A DNA stretch of 62,922 nt, the filler included, from Intoshia linei (taxonomy: Eukaryota; Animalia; Orthonectida): the NCBI GenBank assembly GCA_001642005.1. It is 3 parts of 3 records of this genome, joined end to end, with 100 filler letters (N's around TTAATTAATTAA, not from the genome) between each part and the next. Parts side by side here need not be neighbours in the genome. Positions count along the whole stretch, not along the records: positions 1 to 21,244 come from LWCA01000663.1; positions 21,345 to 40,712 come from LWCA01000741.1; 1 more part is not named here. One strand, written 5' to 3'. This document shows, one piece after another, positions 12,783-24,905 of the stretch. The notes below the pieces were generated by a model that was given only the letters and a program-made list of their open reading frames with translations, was not told the origin of the DNA and ran no database searches. Each line of letters opens with the position of its first letter. Position 1 is the first letter of the stretch. The translations under genes and the position numbers were made by a program.

Positions 12783-12857
12783 TACGTGTAAACCTGATCT
12801 CATTCTAGTATATACAAGAATGTTTTATTTAGATAATCAGTTTGATGTAGGTCTGAC

Positions 12858-13143
12858 CAGGGCCGTAAAGAGCCAGCAGTAGGTACAGATAGATGGAAAT
12901 TGTGGGCACCTATAAAAAATTTTTAAAAAATGTGACCTCTTTGGATTGCTTATTAATTGCTTAAGCCTTATTCAATCGTTCATTATCTATAAATTTAAAA
13001 TAACTGTTAGAAATGACATTCGTTATCGAAATTTTGATGTATTTAAGAAATTTTCCAACATTACCTTTTAATAAATTTAAAAAGTATACTCCTCATGATT
13101 GTAGGCCGGGCATATGTCCCTAGCCTCACTCTCCACGGCCCTG
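12858..13143. mobile_element. hAT-like MITE
   Basis: TIRs CAGGGCCGT...ACGGCCCTG, with a related copy near 43680-43900. The TSD is degenerate. Confidence 0.55.
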
Positions 13144-13398
13144 GTCGTAAATAGTTGTTTTCATGGAATTGTACGCCTTTTTGATAAGTCATCACTGATG
13201 AGTCATCAGATTTTGTAAAATAAATTACTGTCCATATAGTTTTAAAGTACATTAAATGGAAACTTAACCTAATGGACCAAAAAGTCCCAATAAATGGTTT
13301 TAAATTTTTTTGATTAAACTCATATTCTTAATCTATTTTTAATATTAGTATACAACAAGTATTATTAAATTCTTAATAATTAAATCCTTAGTAAGGAT

Positions 13399-14063
13399 TC
13401 CTTACTTATATAATATGCTATGCAATATTTGTTTGTGTTACCGTTTATTTCAATACCTACCAGTCTTAAAATTTTATAAAGTCCACATTTCAATTACAGT
13501 TTTTCTAGGGGTGTTAGCAAAATAAATTTCAACCTCCAAAACACACATCTTACGAGTCAAAAAGCCCAATTGTCCTTTTTTTTTAAATTAAACGAATTGG
13601 AGAATTTAAAACAATATATACTCTGATACGGATTTTAAAATAATAAATATTATCATAAATTTAAATTTAAACAAAATATATCTTTAGGACGAAAACCCCA
13701 AATTACTCTTTTTTAATGAAAATAGCCCTAGAATTAAAAAAATACAGGTGGTACAGTTGTATCCTGTCAAGACACACAAAAAATTTCAATCTGAATAAGT
13801 AACGCCTTCACGGTCAAAAAAACATTTTAGTATGTATATTTTTTTTCCGAAATATTTTATTAAAACAAAAAATTTGTAATAATTAACGGTCCGAAAATTA
13901 AAAAAAAAAAATTATTCGGATAGAGCTTATTCCAATTGATATAAATAAAAAATTTTAACCCCAGAACTCTACGCATTCCCGGTGAAAAATAATTTTTAAT
14001 ATATTATCAACCTATATTTTTTAAATATTTTATAAATCGCATTGCATATTTTATAAGTAAGGA
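13399..14063 (+). mobile_element. Non-autonomous Helitron-like element capped by an inverted 5' terminus
   Basis: Begins TCCTTACTTATATAATATGC. The segment 14039-14063 is the reverse complement of the same terminus. Confidence 0.7.
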
Positions 14064-14367
14064 TATAATGTTCACTGATTTTGATAATTACTTTCAATTG
14101 ATTTTCAAATTTTGCATACATGTATCCTGCAATGTTTATTTAATATAAATTATCGATATGCTAACATCAATTTAAAACAAAGTACACCATTATATTAGCT
14201 AAATATTGAGAATAGAAGCTAAAAACCTAAATAAAAATTTGAGAGAATATATAGTATACCAGTAATTATAGTAATTAAACAATAAAGTATAATTTAGAGG
14301 TCAAATTATTTTAAGAGTAGACTCAAATTTTGTTGAAACTTTCAAAATTGTTTAAAATTATTAATCA

Positions 14368-17300
14368 ATGGTACACATTGTTGTTTTTGTTAGACACGGT
14401 GATAGTGAATGGAATAGTCAGAATAAATTTTGTGGGTGGTTTGATGCAGATTTATCTACTATTGGCGTTCAAGAAGCGAAATTGGCTGGAAAGGTAAATT
14501 CATTGCTGATGTCTATTAGCTCTTCACATTGTAAATAACAACGTTAGTTAATCAATATTCTAAAAATTGGACACAATTTAACAGAAATGTTTAAATTATG
14601 GTAGTACATAATTATGTACTCGCTACCCATTTTTATTATTTTGGAATTTTTTTGTTCATGGATTAAGATTTTTTTAATACAGTGTCGTGTAAAGGGCATA
14701 TTGAACAGATTTTAGGTACATTTTCAGAGTAATGACTAAATAATAACATTTGGGTCCGTTGTTATGATATGGCATTGGTGAATCACCAGTAGTGATGGAG
14801 GTAAAATACTAAAAAAATTAATCTAATTATAGTTGCTACATGAAAAAGGCTACAAATTTGATTTGATTTTTACAAGCCTTTTAAAAAGAGCTATAAAAAC
14901 AACATTTTTAATTCAAGAAGAAATGGACAATCATCATGTTGATGGTATATAATTTTTTTTAATGTTAATCTGATTTAAACTGTTTCAACAATGACTGTTG
15001 TCCAAAATATTAGAAAAAATTTCGTCTAAAACGGGGGTAGGAAAGTAAAAATATGATAAGTAGTTACTCTAGCCAGTAACATACTCCATTAAATAAATGT
15101 ATTCCTGTAAGTCCAACGTCAAGCTTTAGCAAATAAGGGACGAGGATAAAATTTATGTAGTACAGTACTGTTTAACCGTTCGGTCGTTCCGAATCATGCT
15201 TCGGACATTGTTGCAGTACCTTAAGGAACAAATTTTTTATTATTAATAGTAAGTGAGTCGCACGTACTAAAACCTCGTGGCAACTGAGGGGCCAATAATC
15301 AAATTTTTAAACGACATTTTGTAGATTTTTTTAATATTTAAATTTTACTTTGTTTCCCTTTGCAAATCAATCCGTACAGTGTAGTTTTACACTGGTTGAA
15401 TTTATTGAGAATGTTTTGCATGGTAATACCTTTTAAAATTTTACTCTTTCATAATATCAATAGTTTCTGTCAAAATGAAACAGCTTTTATTTTCAGTGAC
15501 AAAAATGAATACTTACTAATGTAACTCTGATGGGTTTAATGGTTTTCTAATTTATGATTTATAATGTAGTTTAGTTGTACGTAATTGGAAATTGAATGAA
15601 AGAATGTACGGTGGTTTAACTGGTTTGAATAAATCGGAAACTGCAAAAAAGTACGGAGAAGAAAAAGTTATGGTAATCCGTACCTCATCCTTACTTATAT
15701 AATATGCTTTGTTTGTCAGTGTGTGTTATTTCAATAACTACCAGTCTTAGAATTTTATAAAGTCCACATTTCTATTAGTTTTTTACGGAGTGTTAGCAAA
15801 ATAAATTTCAACCTCCCAAACTTACATCTTACGAGTCAAAAACCCCGATTGTCCTTTTTTTGAAAATCAAACGAGTTTGAGAATTTAAAATCATAAATAT
15901 TATCATAAATTTAAATTTGTTAAAAAAATATATCTTCAGGGCCAAATTACCTTTTTTTTAAATGAAAACAGCCCTAGAATTTAAAAAAAATTACAGGTGG
16001 TACAGTTGTATACTGTTAATACACACACAAATTTTCAATCTGAATAAGTGAAGACTTCATGGTCGAAAAAGCATTTTAGTATTCATATATTTTTTTTCCG
16101 AAATAAATTTTACTAAAACAAAAAATGTGAAATAATTAACCGTAATAATAATGATTAAATACAAAATTACACATTCTGTCTAAAAATTAAACAAATGAGA
16201 TAATAATTGTATCTAAAATTATTTATACAAATGTTAACAAAACAAAATTAAGATAAAGTTTTAATTTAATTCAATTTAAAGTAAAAAGTAATGTGATATG
16301 ACGGTTTCTCTGCAGAGGGAGGAATTTTTTAATTTTAGCAACAAAAAAATTACAATCTAACACAAATATCTCAATTACCAAACACGAGAGAATGAGTGTA
16401 TAATCTTAAAAATAAAATTAAAATACAAATTATAAGTACAATCCTAAAAATTCCAAAAAAATTAAATTTTAAATATTTGTAACACTAATTTATCACAACG
16501 TGATGGAATATATTCAGTATCTACTGGCGATAAGTATAATTCATTTTTCAGATGAGGTAATGTAGTGTGGCTATTGAACATTTTTTTTACGTATAAAATA
16601 CGGCTGCATAATTATGGAGCATCAAATAAATAGGATTAAACATTAAAATTAGAGTATTACAGGAAAATTTATATCCATAAGCACAAGAATAATGCTTTTG
16701 ACAGTAACTAATGAATTTTTGCATTAATTTAATAGTTTACTAGGAATTAAAATAAAGCTACAGGAACTTAATAGTACTTACAGGAACTAAAGTTGTATTT
16801 CAGGCAATTTGCAATTATCAATTGCTATTTAACCTAATTAATTAGAGTAAAATAAGAGATTAAAAAATGATTTAGAATTTATAATTGAATTGGATAAAAA
16901 AATATGCACTGGTGTGAACACTATAGAATATTTTTAATTTGTTTGTAAAATGGTTTGTAGGTAAATAATTAATCTTAATATTTCAGTTTTAACTTGGTTC
17001 TGTAGTCTAAATAAATAAATAACTTCAATTAATTAAGAAAATAATGAATGCGTTTAGTGATCTTGTTAAACTAAGCTTTAGTTACTAAAGTTTGCTCTAT
17101 AGACAATTAATCCAGTTTCAGTTTATTATTTTATAATGGTAATATGCTATATTTTCCTGTCATTACAATAATATTCATTATCTATATTAAATATTTTCCT
17201 GTAATATGCTATTTATTTAATGGTGAATAATATTGTCGTCATAAAATACTTATTGATGCAACCTAGAAACGAAATTTATCATAATTGTAAAATTTATTGA

Positions 17301-19018
17301 GTTGTGAAACAAAGTTATCTCATGTCTACGTATTTTGATTGATGTTTACTTTTTAAGACAATATAACAAATCTATACTAACATAAATAAGTTTCTCTTCG
17401 AAAAAGTGACCAAAAATATAAATTAAAAAATGTCAATTTTATTGAAGACCAAATTAATGACGTTATTGACAATATCAATATAGCAGAAAATGAGGAATTG
17501 GAAGAATTTGAAAAATTAAGAAAGGATGGAATCTATGCATTATTTAATAATCTTAGAAATTATGCAAAACATTGTCCAAAGAATCTAGAAGATATTTTTA
17601 TTGGAAAGCAAAATGATAAACCCCTCAAGTGTTTCAAATAAAACCACTCTGAAATATTTTTGTATAATAGACAAATAATATATGATTAGCTTAGAAATTT
17701 CTCGTCTTATTTTTAATATATTTTCAAGGTGATGGTCAACGTAATTAATAATTTTAGTCGATTAATCAATCAGCTTCTGTTTCAGTTATTGTTAAAATGA
17801 TAAATGTATGGTATGTAAAATGAATACTGTATTTTAAAGAATACAGAATGTAATTATAGTGATGCACGATTTTAACTTTAGTGGAAAAAGTGGTCAATTT
17901 TCAAGTGTTTACTGTATAACAAAGGGGATAAACTGTATCAGAATAATATTTTTTTTAAATTCTAGTACTTTTATTTTTTTCATTTTCAAACTTGGTGTTT
18001 TTGACCCTCAAGGTCTTCTGAAAATAAAATTTTCGATACTGCATTAATCTTAAAAAAGTGTATTAGAATTTGAATTTTTTTAAATTATAGCATTATTTTT
18101 TTGATTAAACGGAACACATACATTCAATTTTATATTTTAAATTTTATTTTCCATATTTATACAAATAAAGGATATCAGCTAGCTACAGACAATAGTTTGT
18201 TTGAACAACTACTGTTTACACTCACACTGTGAGTCACACTAAACAAAAATTAGTAATTTATAAATTATAGATTTGGAGACGTTCATATGACACTAGACCT
18301 CCTGATGTAGAAGTGGACAGTGAATATTATCCATTAAACGATGAAAAATATAAGGTACCGTATATATATTTAATAATCTTGTTCAAACCCTTACACCTTT
18401 TTGGAGTAAAAATTATTTAATTGTATATTATTATCTAATTATACCTTATTATTATAATTTCATCATAGTCACACTAAGCCCGCCAATAGGTATTATGATT
18501 TTGCTCAAAATTATCATTTTTATGGTTTCAGTATTTTACAATTTGTGTATTCACCCTTGGGGTCTTTATTTATTGATGGGCTCATTTAACTTATCTTTAT
18601 TTTTAACTTTAATTAATTATTTACAATTTAAAATTAGAATTTGGACAAATCGGATATTCCTAGAGCGGAATGTTTAAAGGACACCTTAATAAGAGCTTTA
18701 CCCTACTGGGAAAATGAAATTGTTCCAGAAATTAAGGTTAAATATACTCAATTGATTATTAATATTAAAGCATTTATCTATTAGAAAAACAAACGAGTAT
18801 TAGTATCTGCTCATGGAAATAGCATTCGTGCACTAATTAAAGAATTTGATGATATTAGCGACGACAAAATCACTTCTCTGAATATCCCTACTGGGGTTCC
18901 ATTGGTATACGAATTTGACAATAACATGAAAAAGATTAAATCTTACTATTTAATAACTGGAGACGAATTACAACAAAGAATAGACAAGGTAAAGAACCAA
19001 GGAAAAGTTAAAAACTAA
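14368..19018 (+). CDS. PGAM: 2,3-bisphosphoglycerate-dependent phosphoglycerate mutase
   Basis: Six exons: 14368-14493, 14833-14944, 15575-15672, 18271-18354, 18638-18736, 18785-19018. Motifs: [59 protein letters not shown]. All junctions are GT-AG and in frame. Confidence 0.97.
15688..16310 (+). mobile_element. Non-autonomous Helitron-like element in PGAM intron 3
   Basis: Starts A|TCCTTACTTATATAATATGC 15 nt after the splice donor and is homologous to the other copies. Confidence 0.7.
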
Positions 19019-19144
19019 AAATATTGCTTGTCTAGAATAAATACTAAATTAAATATTATACATGTATTTGGTTATAAAATGTACTGTCTTGGTTATTTAT
19101 CAGTATTTACATTTCTAAAATTAAATACATTTAATTCATGAATT

Positions 19145-21093
19145 ATGATTGATAACACAGAATATAGTGTACAAGACAGACAACCAAATAAATCGAAATG
19201 GTTCTATATTCTTAAGGGGAAATTTCTATTAAATTATAAAGTTTACCAAATTCATGTTTTCATTTTAACATTTTTAGGGTATGTTATTTTATTATAAAAC
19301 TTTATATTATTATTAAAGTATTTAAAGTTTATTTAAAGATTTATTTTACATGTTTTTATAGATATGCCATTACCCATGCGTCTCGTAAAGCTCTCAGTGG
19401 TACTAAACCAGAATTATTACAAGTGTGGACAAATTATGATACGGATAATGTAAATTATACGATATTTTAGGAACGTAATTATGGGTTATTAGAATGGTAG
19501 TGTTTTTTTGACCGGCAAGATTTTATTCTCAGAGATGACACATGGTTTATTCCTTTCTCAGTAATATACTCTCTAATAGTTTGATTTCGTAAAATTTTTG
19601 AATTTTTAGAATGTGAAGTTTACATAATTAACATGAATAAATAGGTAATATAATCGTTTTTTAATTCTTTTTCTAGATTTATGATATGCAATCGCTATAC
19701 ACTTCTGAAGAAGAAGTTCAAAACTTTTTTGGGTATTTGGACATGTCGTTTTGTTTAGCCTATGCTTTGGTACGTCTTTTTATTATCTTTATATACATTT
19801 TTAAGCATTATTTCATTTTATTTAGGGCATGTATTTTTTTGGGTTTATCGGAAATAAGTAATTTTTTTATTAACATTTAACGTAAATTAAAAAAATTTTA
19901 TGTTAGTTTTATTAAATTTCATTTAATTATAGATATAATCCTGTGAATATTATTGCAATTGGGTCAATTTGTTCTGGAATATATGTAATTACATTTCAAC
20001 GTTTATTTGACGTCATTTAAACTAACATTACATAGACAATTTTCTTTGGATACATTGCTTATACTATAAAAATCGATTGGCCCGGATATTTTATTATATT
20101 GTGGCTTCTGAATGGATTTTTTCAAGCATCAATATTTCCAAATATGGTGGCCATTGTCAGTAATTGGTTTGATAAAGACAAGTAATCTTTTAATGCAAAT
20201 ATCAATCGTATATAGGGCTGGAATTGTATTTGGGATTTGGTCAGCTAATGCAGCCATAGGAAATATATTGGGTGAATTACTAGCATATCTGGCTAAACTA
20301 ATTGGATTTTCGGTAAATATAATGAACGTAGTTTTAGTCAGCCAACGGATTATTAACTGAAGATGTACAATGTACATTGTACATTATACAGAGGGCGTGG
20401 AAACTTTTATAGGTCTAAGAAAATAAACTCAAATGTATCCGATTTTTGATTAGAAAATTTAAATGAGTTCTATAATTAAAAAAGACGCTAGTCTCATATA
20501 CAATACCTACATTGTAGTTATACATTTTTTGGAAAAGTTTATTTGATTAACAGGGGAAAAATGTATGAATCCTTTTCTAATAAAAATTAGTTTGATCATT
20601 TTATCTTGGGTTCGCTATTAAAATTAAAATTATTAAAATGTAAGTAAAATCCCAACACTGACATTACATTGTATAGAGAGAAAATACTGCGTCTAACATG
20701 TTACATTTTTTAATATATTTTTATGTACAAAGTACCTCTATTTAATATGTGGAATTTTAATGATTTCTATCGGAATTCAGTACAAATTTGGATTGGTTTT
20801 ATCGCCTCTCTCAGTGTTTGAAGGTATTTGTATATATTACATAAAAAATTGAAATTTTTCATTATTTTAGGATTACATTCCCAATATACGTTTAAATTGA
20901 TGGATGAAAATGAAACATTGAATAATTACAGTTTTGCTCCAGACAATGAAACAGAAATTTTGAATGAAAGTTCAATGTCAAATAGATTAAATACAATTGA
21001 AAACACTGTTATAATCAATTCCAATCGAAGAAAAAAGAACTGCGGTATATTGTCTATTTTTATTGATGTCATACTCAAACCTCAAGTTTTACC
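19145..21093 (+). CDS. SLC37A3: Sugar phosphate exchanger, SLC37 family (MFS), 3'-truncated by the contig end
   Basis: Spliced product VFILTFLG|YAITHASRK...FFGYLDMSFCLAYAL|G...LWLLNGFFQAS.FP.MVAIVSNWF...GIVFGIWSANAAIGNILG matches SLC37A3 (FLLTFFSYSLLHASRK; GVVFGLWSACASVGNILG). Confidence 0.88.
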
Positions 21094-21182
21094 AGTATTT
21101 TTTTGTTTTTTTTATTTTTATCTTTGTTTAGTATACAATTACATACAGTTTATCAAAGGTTATTCTTTAAAATTATAAATTA

Positions 21183-21244
21183 CTAGGTTAACTGTTATGT
21201 ACTACGTACAAACAGGACCTAGCTCTGCCGAGGGCACATTTTTA
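21183..21244 (-). mobile_element. Helitron-like element 3' end at the contig break
   Basis: Reverse complement of the TGCCCTCGGCA...AACCTAG|T terminus. Confidence 0.7.
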
Positions 21245-21344
21245 NNNNNNNNNNNNNNNNNNNNNNNNNNNNNNNNNNNNNNNNNNNNTTAATTAATTAA
21301 NNNNNNNNNNNNNNNNNNNNNNNNNNNNNNNNNNNNNNNNNNNN
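21245..21344. other. Artificial contig linker (six-frame stop spacer)
   Basis: 44 N + TTAATTAATTAA + 44 N = 100 bp, identical in structure to the linker at 40713. Confidence 0.95.
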
Positions 21345-21432
21345 AATTTGTCGACCGTAATATTGTTGACATTAAAACAAAATTACTGTTAAATTTTAGA
21401 AACTATTGTTTCAATGATTTATCGTAGTTTTT

Positions 21433-23650
21433 TCAAGATAATAAAGTATTTTCGTTTTTTTTCCTGATTTTAATTAATTAAAACGAAGAAACTAATAATA
21501 CAAAAAAAACTACACTCAATTGCCTCGAATCTGCATAACATTTTACATATTGTCATACAAAAAATATAAAAATTAATCTCTTCAAGGTAGGGGGGTGGAT
21601 TTTTTTCGAATCGAAAATTTTGTAAAAAATGAACAGCCCTAATATACATAATATATATAATTATTTATTAACATAATGCAAACATACTTTTATACATATA
21701 ACCTTTAAAAATTTAAGTTATTTATCAAATTTTTTTTATAAATTATAATACTCTTTAGCTTGTTGCAACATTGGTAATCTCAATTTCACTATTTCACTGT
21801 AAGCTAAATCTAATTCCAACTTTAATTCTTTAATATCTGTATTTTTAATACTGTTTTTCATGTCTCTGAAAATATATAGTGAAATACATAAAAAAGAAAT
21901 TAAAATTTTTATACTTTTAAATATTTATATTGAGTATTACAATTATTTAATGTACATTTTTATTTGAAATTTATAAATATTTATCAATTACTTGTATTTG
22001 TTTTCCAAGTCTACCATTTTTCTTTCATTTTTAAATAAATTGTATTTTAAATTGTCAATTAACTAAATAGAATAATGAAATGTACGAAGAAGTTGAGTAC
22101 TTTTTACTTATCTATACATACATTATGTACATTATGTATTTGCATTTTTTTATTTATGTAAAATAATAATACCGTTTTATTGTTTGAAGATTTATTGTAT
22201 TTTAAATCCTAAATGTGCATTAATATCTCGATATAAAGTATATATAAGCTGGTGTGCCGTTCGGTATAATGTCCGTGCTCTTAAATATTATTCAGTACCT
22301 TTACGGGTCACAATTAAAAAATTTATTTTAATGGCAATAATAAATTAAATGATTTTAATGTTTTTTAAATTGCTATAATTAATAAAATTAGATGATGAGT
22401 TCAACTGGTATCATAGATTATATTTTTCTGAATTAAATTTTAATATTAATTCCCGTAAATTTGTCATTAGCCGTATTTTATTGTGAGTCATATTCAGCAT
22501 AACAGTAAACACCGTGACACGATAAATTAGTACATCTTTATAAATCGTTTCAGATTATATCTAACCTTTAATGAAATTAATATGACATTTTTTTAATAGT
22601 AAACTATTTAAAATGACCTAAAGAATCATTTTTGGTAATAATTTTCTGTAGACTTTTAGTAAAAAAATACTTTGTAAAAATCGTTATATGTAACATTAAT
22701 AGAAATAGACTTTATTAATTGCTACATTCTATAATATTAAGCTATTAATTACTCATCACCATTATGATAAAATATATACCTTTTGAGCAAATAATTTTTC
22801 CAATGCAGTATTTTTTTCACATAAACTATTATTTCTTTCTTCCAAATTTTTAATTGTTTGAAATAACTGTTTCTTTTTATTAGAATAATCGTCTCGAATA
22901 ATTTTTTGATAAGATACGTTTAAATTTTTACGTTTATAGTAAGGATCCAAAACATTATTGTCATTGGAATTTTCATCTAAAAAATATTGTAATAACAAGA
23001 CTTCTACATTGAATTATAATTCTAATCAGTGATATTTAATGATCAGGCACTAGATTGAAAATTATTAAGATTAATATATCATTTTGATTATGATATGATA
23101 ATATTTGCCGGTTTCGGTATTCTCCACTGTCCATTATACACCATTAATTTTCAAATTAAATTAATAACAGTTTTTCATACCTTGGTCCCCTTGTTTAAAA
23201 ATAAAATTTTCAAAAAAATGAAAAAAAAATAAAAATATATTTATTTACTAAATGGTGACGGATTTACTAATTTGAAACCATATATTCAATTATGTCTTAA
23301 TTATTACTCTTATTTTCATTGAGATATATACATGAATTTAGTGATATTTGTTTATTCTTTAATATTAATTTGGCTAAAAATGTTAATATATACTTTAAAA
23401 TTTTAACAAACTGTTTTTATTATCTTGTATTTTATTAATCCATCTTTCTATTGATGTATTCTCATTCTCTATAAACTCATTATATTTATTCAAAAATGTA
23501 TACTTTTATATGTCATGCTATCTGATAATATGATAAATAATATTGTAACTAAACATAAAAAAACAAATAAAATGTTGACATGGTCTTTTTAATGTTGAAT
23601 ACGGATACTATACCATCGAGTATATCAATATCAACTTTTGTAATAATCAT
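21433..23650 (-). CDS. Hypothetical multi-exon coiled-coil protein
   Basis: Putative ATG at 23650. In-frame spliced exons encode QLFQTIKNLEERNNSLCEKNTALEK|DLKYNK..|LIDNLKYNLFKNERKMVDLENKY|DMKNSIKNTDIKELKLELDLAYSEIVKLR. The internal 5' exons are uncertain. Confidence 0.5.
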
Positions 23651-24197
23651 GGTGTATTTGAGTCGACTTGAATGAATCAATGATTAGTAAACATTTTCTA
23701 ATAATTATTAGTTATTAATACATTATTGTATAATAATCCTTTATTAGTAAATAATATTATTATTTGGTTTACTGTAATAAATTTTTCGTAAAAATTCCCA
23801 CACGTGCCGTATTTTTACGTGCATTGTGACGATAGAATGAAAACGATATATTATAATTGTAATACTTTTATGCAGATACCAAATAATTGTACGTCAATTT
23901 TTCCGAAATCAGTGGAGCAGGTTTAATCATTATTTTATTACAATAATATTGCAAAAAAATGAAACCTTAAAGGGGAATTTAAAAATAAAAAACAAAAATT
24001 CCCATCAAGGGTTAACTTACTATTTTGTTGAATTATTTATGCACCTTTTGAAATTTGAAATTATTTTTTTACCAAACTATAAAAAGGGGGGGTTTATTTA
24101 GTAAATAGAATTTGCTGCTCCAACCCCTCCCAATAATATGCAGTGATTAAATAATTTTTTCATGTTATGATTATGAAAGAAATGATATCAAAACAAG

Positions 24198-24629
24198 TTA
24201 ACATTTATTTTTTAACTTTACATCAGTGTGCATAGCAGTTGACTTAAATTTTGAATTTGACTGTGCGTATTTTTTCCATTCCAAATATTTATAAGCAATT
24301 TCAACGATTAAACTTGGTTTCTTCTTTCTCCAACGGAATAAAAAATATTCAGAGTTTATATTGAAAGTTTTCTTAGATGCTTTGGGTGGTGTTATTATTA
24401 TTAACGGTACAATCATTTTACTTCTACGCCTCTGCATAATATCGACACATGAAATTATAGCCATAAAAATTGAAATTCCGGTCAGTGAACTGTACATTAT
24501 TCCTGTATTAGATAATTTTGTAAACTCTTGCGGTGTTGATTTTATCGTTAATACAATGCTTATTAAAAATAAAATTATGGATGACAGAATTATTATTAAA
24601 TTGTATTTTAATCTTGCGAGATATCCCAT
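24198..24629 (-). CDS. Orphan single-exon membrane protein (two hydrophobic helices plus a basic tail)
   Basis: 143-aa ATG ORF in very AT-rich DNA, with hydrophobic segments LIIILSSIILFLISIVLTI and IMYSSLTGISIFMAIISCV. Confidence 0.5.
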   Translation of the reverse strand: MGYLARLKYNLIIILSSIILFLISIVLTIKSTPQEFTKLSNTGIMYSSLTGISIFMAIISCVDIMQRRRSKMIVPLIIITPPKASKKTFNINSEYFLFRWRKKKPSLIVEIAYKYLEWKKYAQSNSKFKSTAMHTDVKLKNKC

Positions 24630-24905
24630 CAAAATTTTTAATTAATTTAAATGTTAATTGCCAATAAAAAAAATCAATATTCAATACTTACGAGTAACTT
24701 TAACCACTTGTAGTCAACACACAATTTTAAACATTATTATAATTTATTCATGTTAGTAAGGGAAAGAAAATTAATAACTACATTTATTATAAACATTTAT
24801 TTGAAAAAATTTTACACTCATTTTGGAATAAGCCCTTTAGAACTAGGATAAAATATTTCTTTGACTTTGCTAAATAATATCATAATTTACATAAAACTAA
24901 AAATA

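Noticed and set aside
21094-21244. SLC37A3 as a half-transporter
   Set aside because: The gene is cut by the contig end inside a repeat.
21245-21344. TTAATTAATTAA palindrome between N runs (also 40713-40812) as a biological motif
   Set aside because: It is an exact 44+12+44 construct giving stops in all six frames, so it is an artificial linker.
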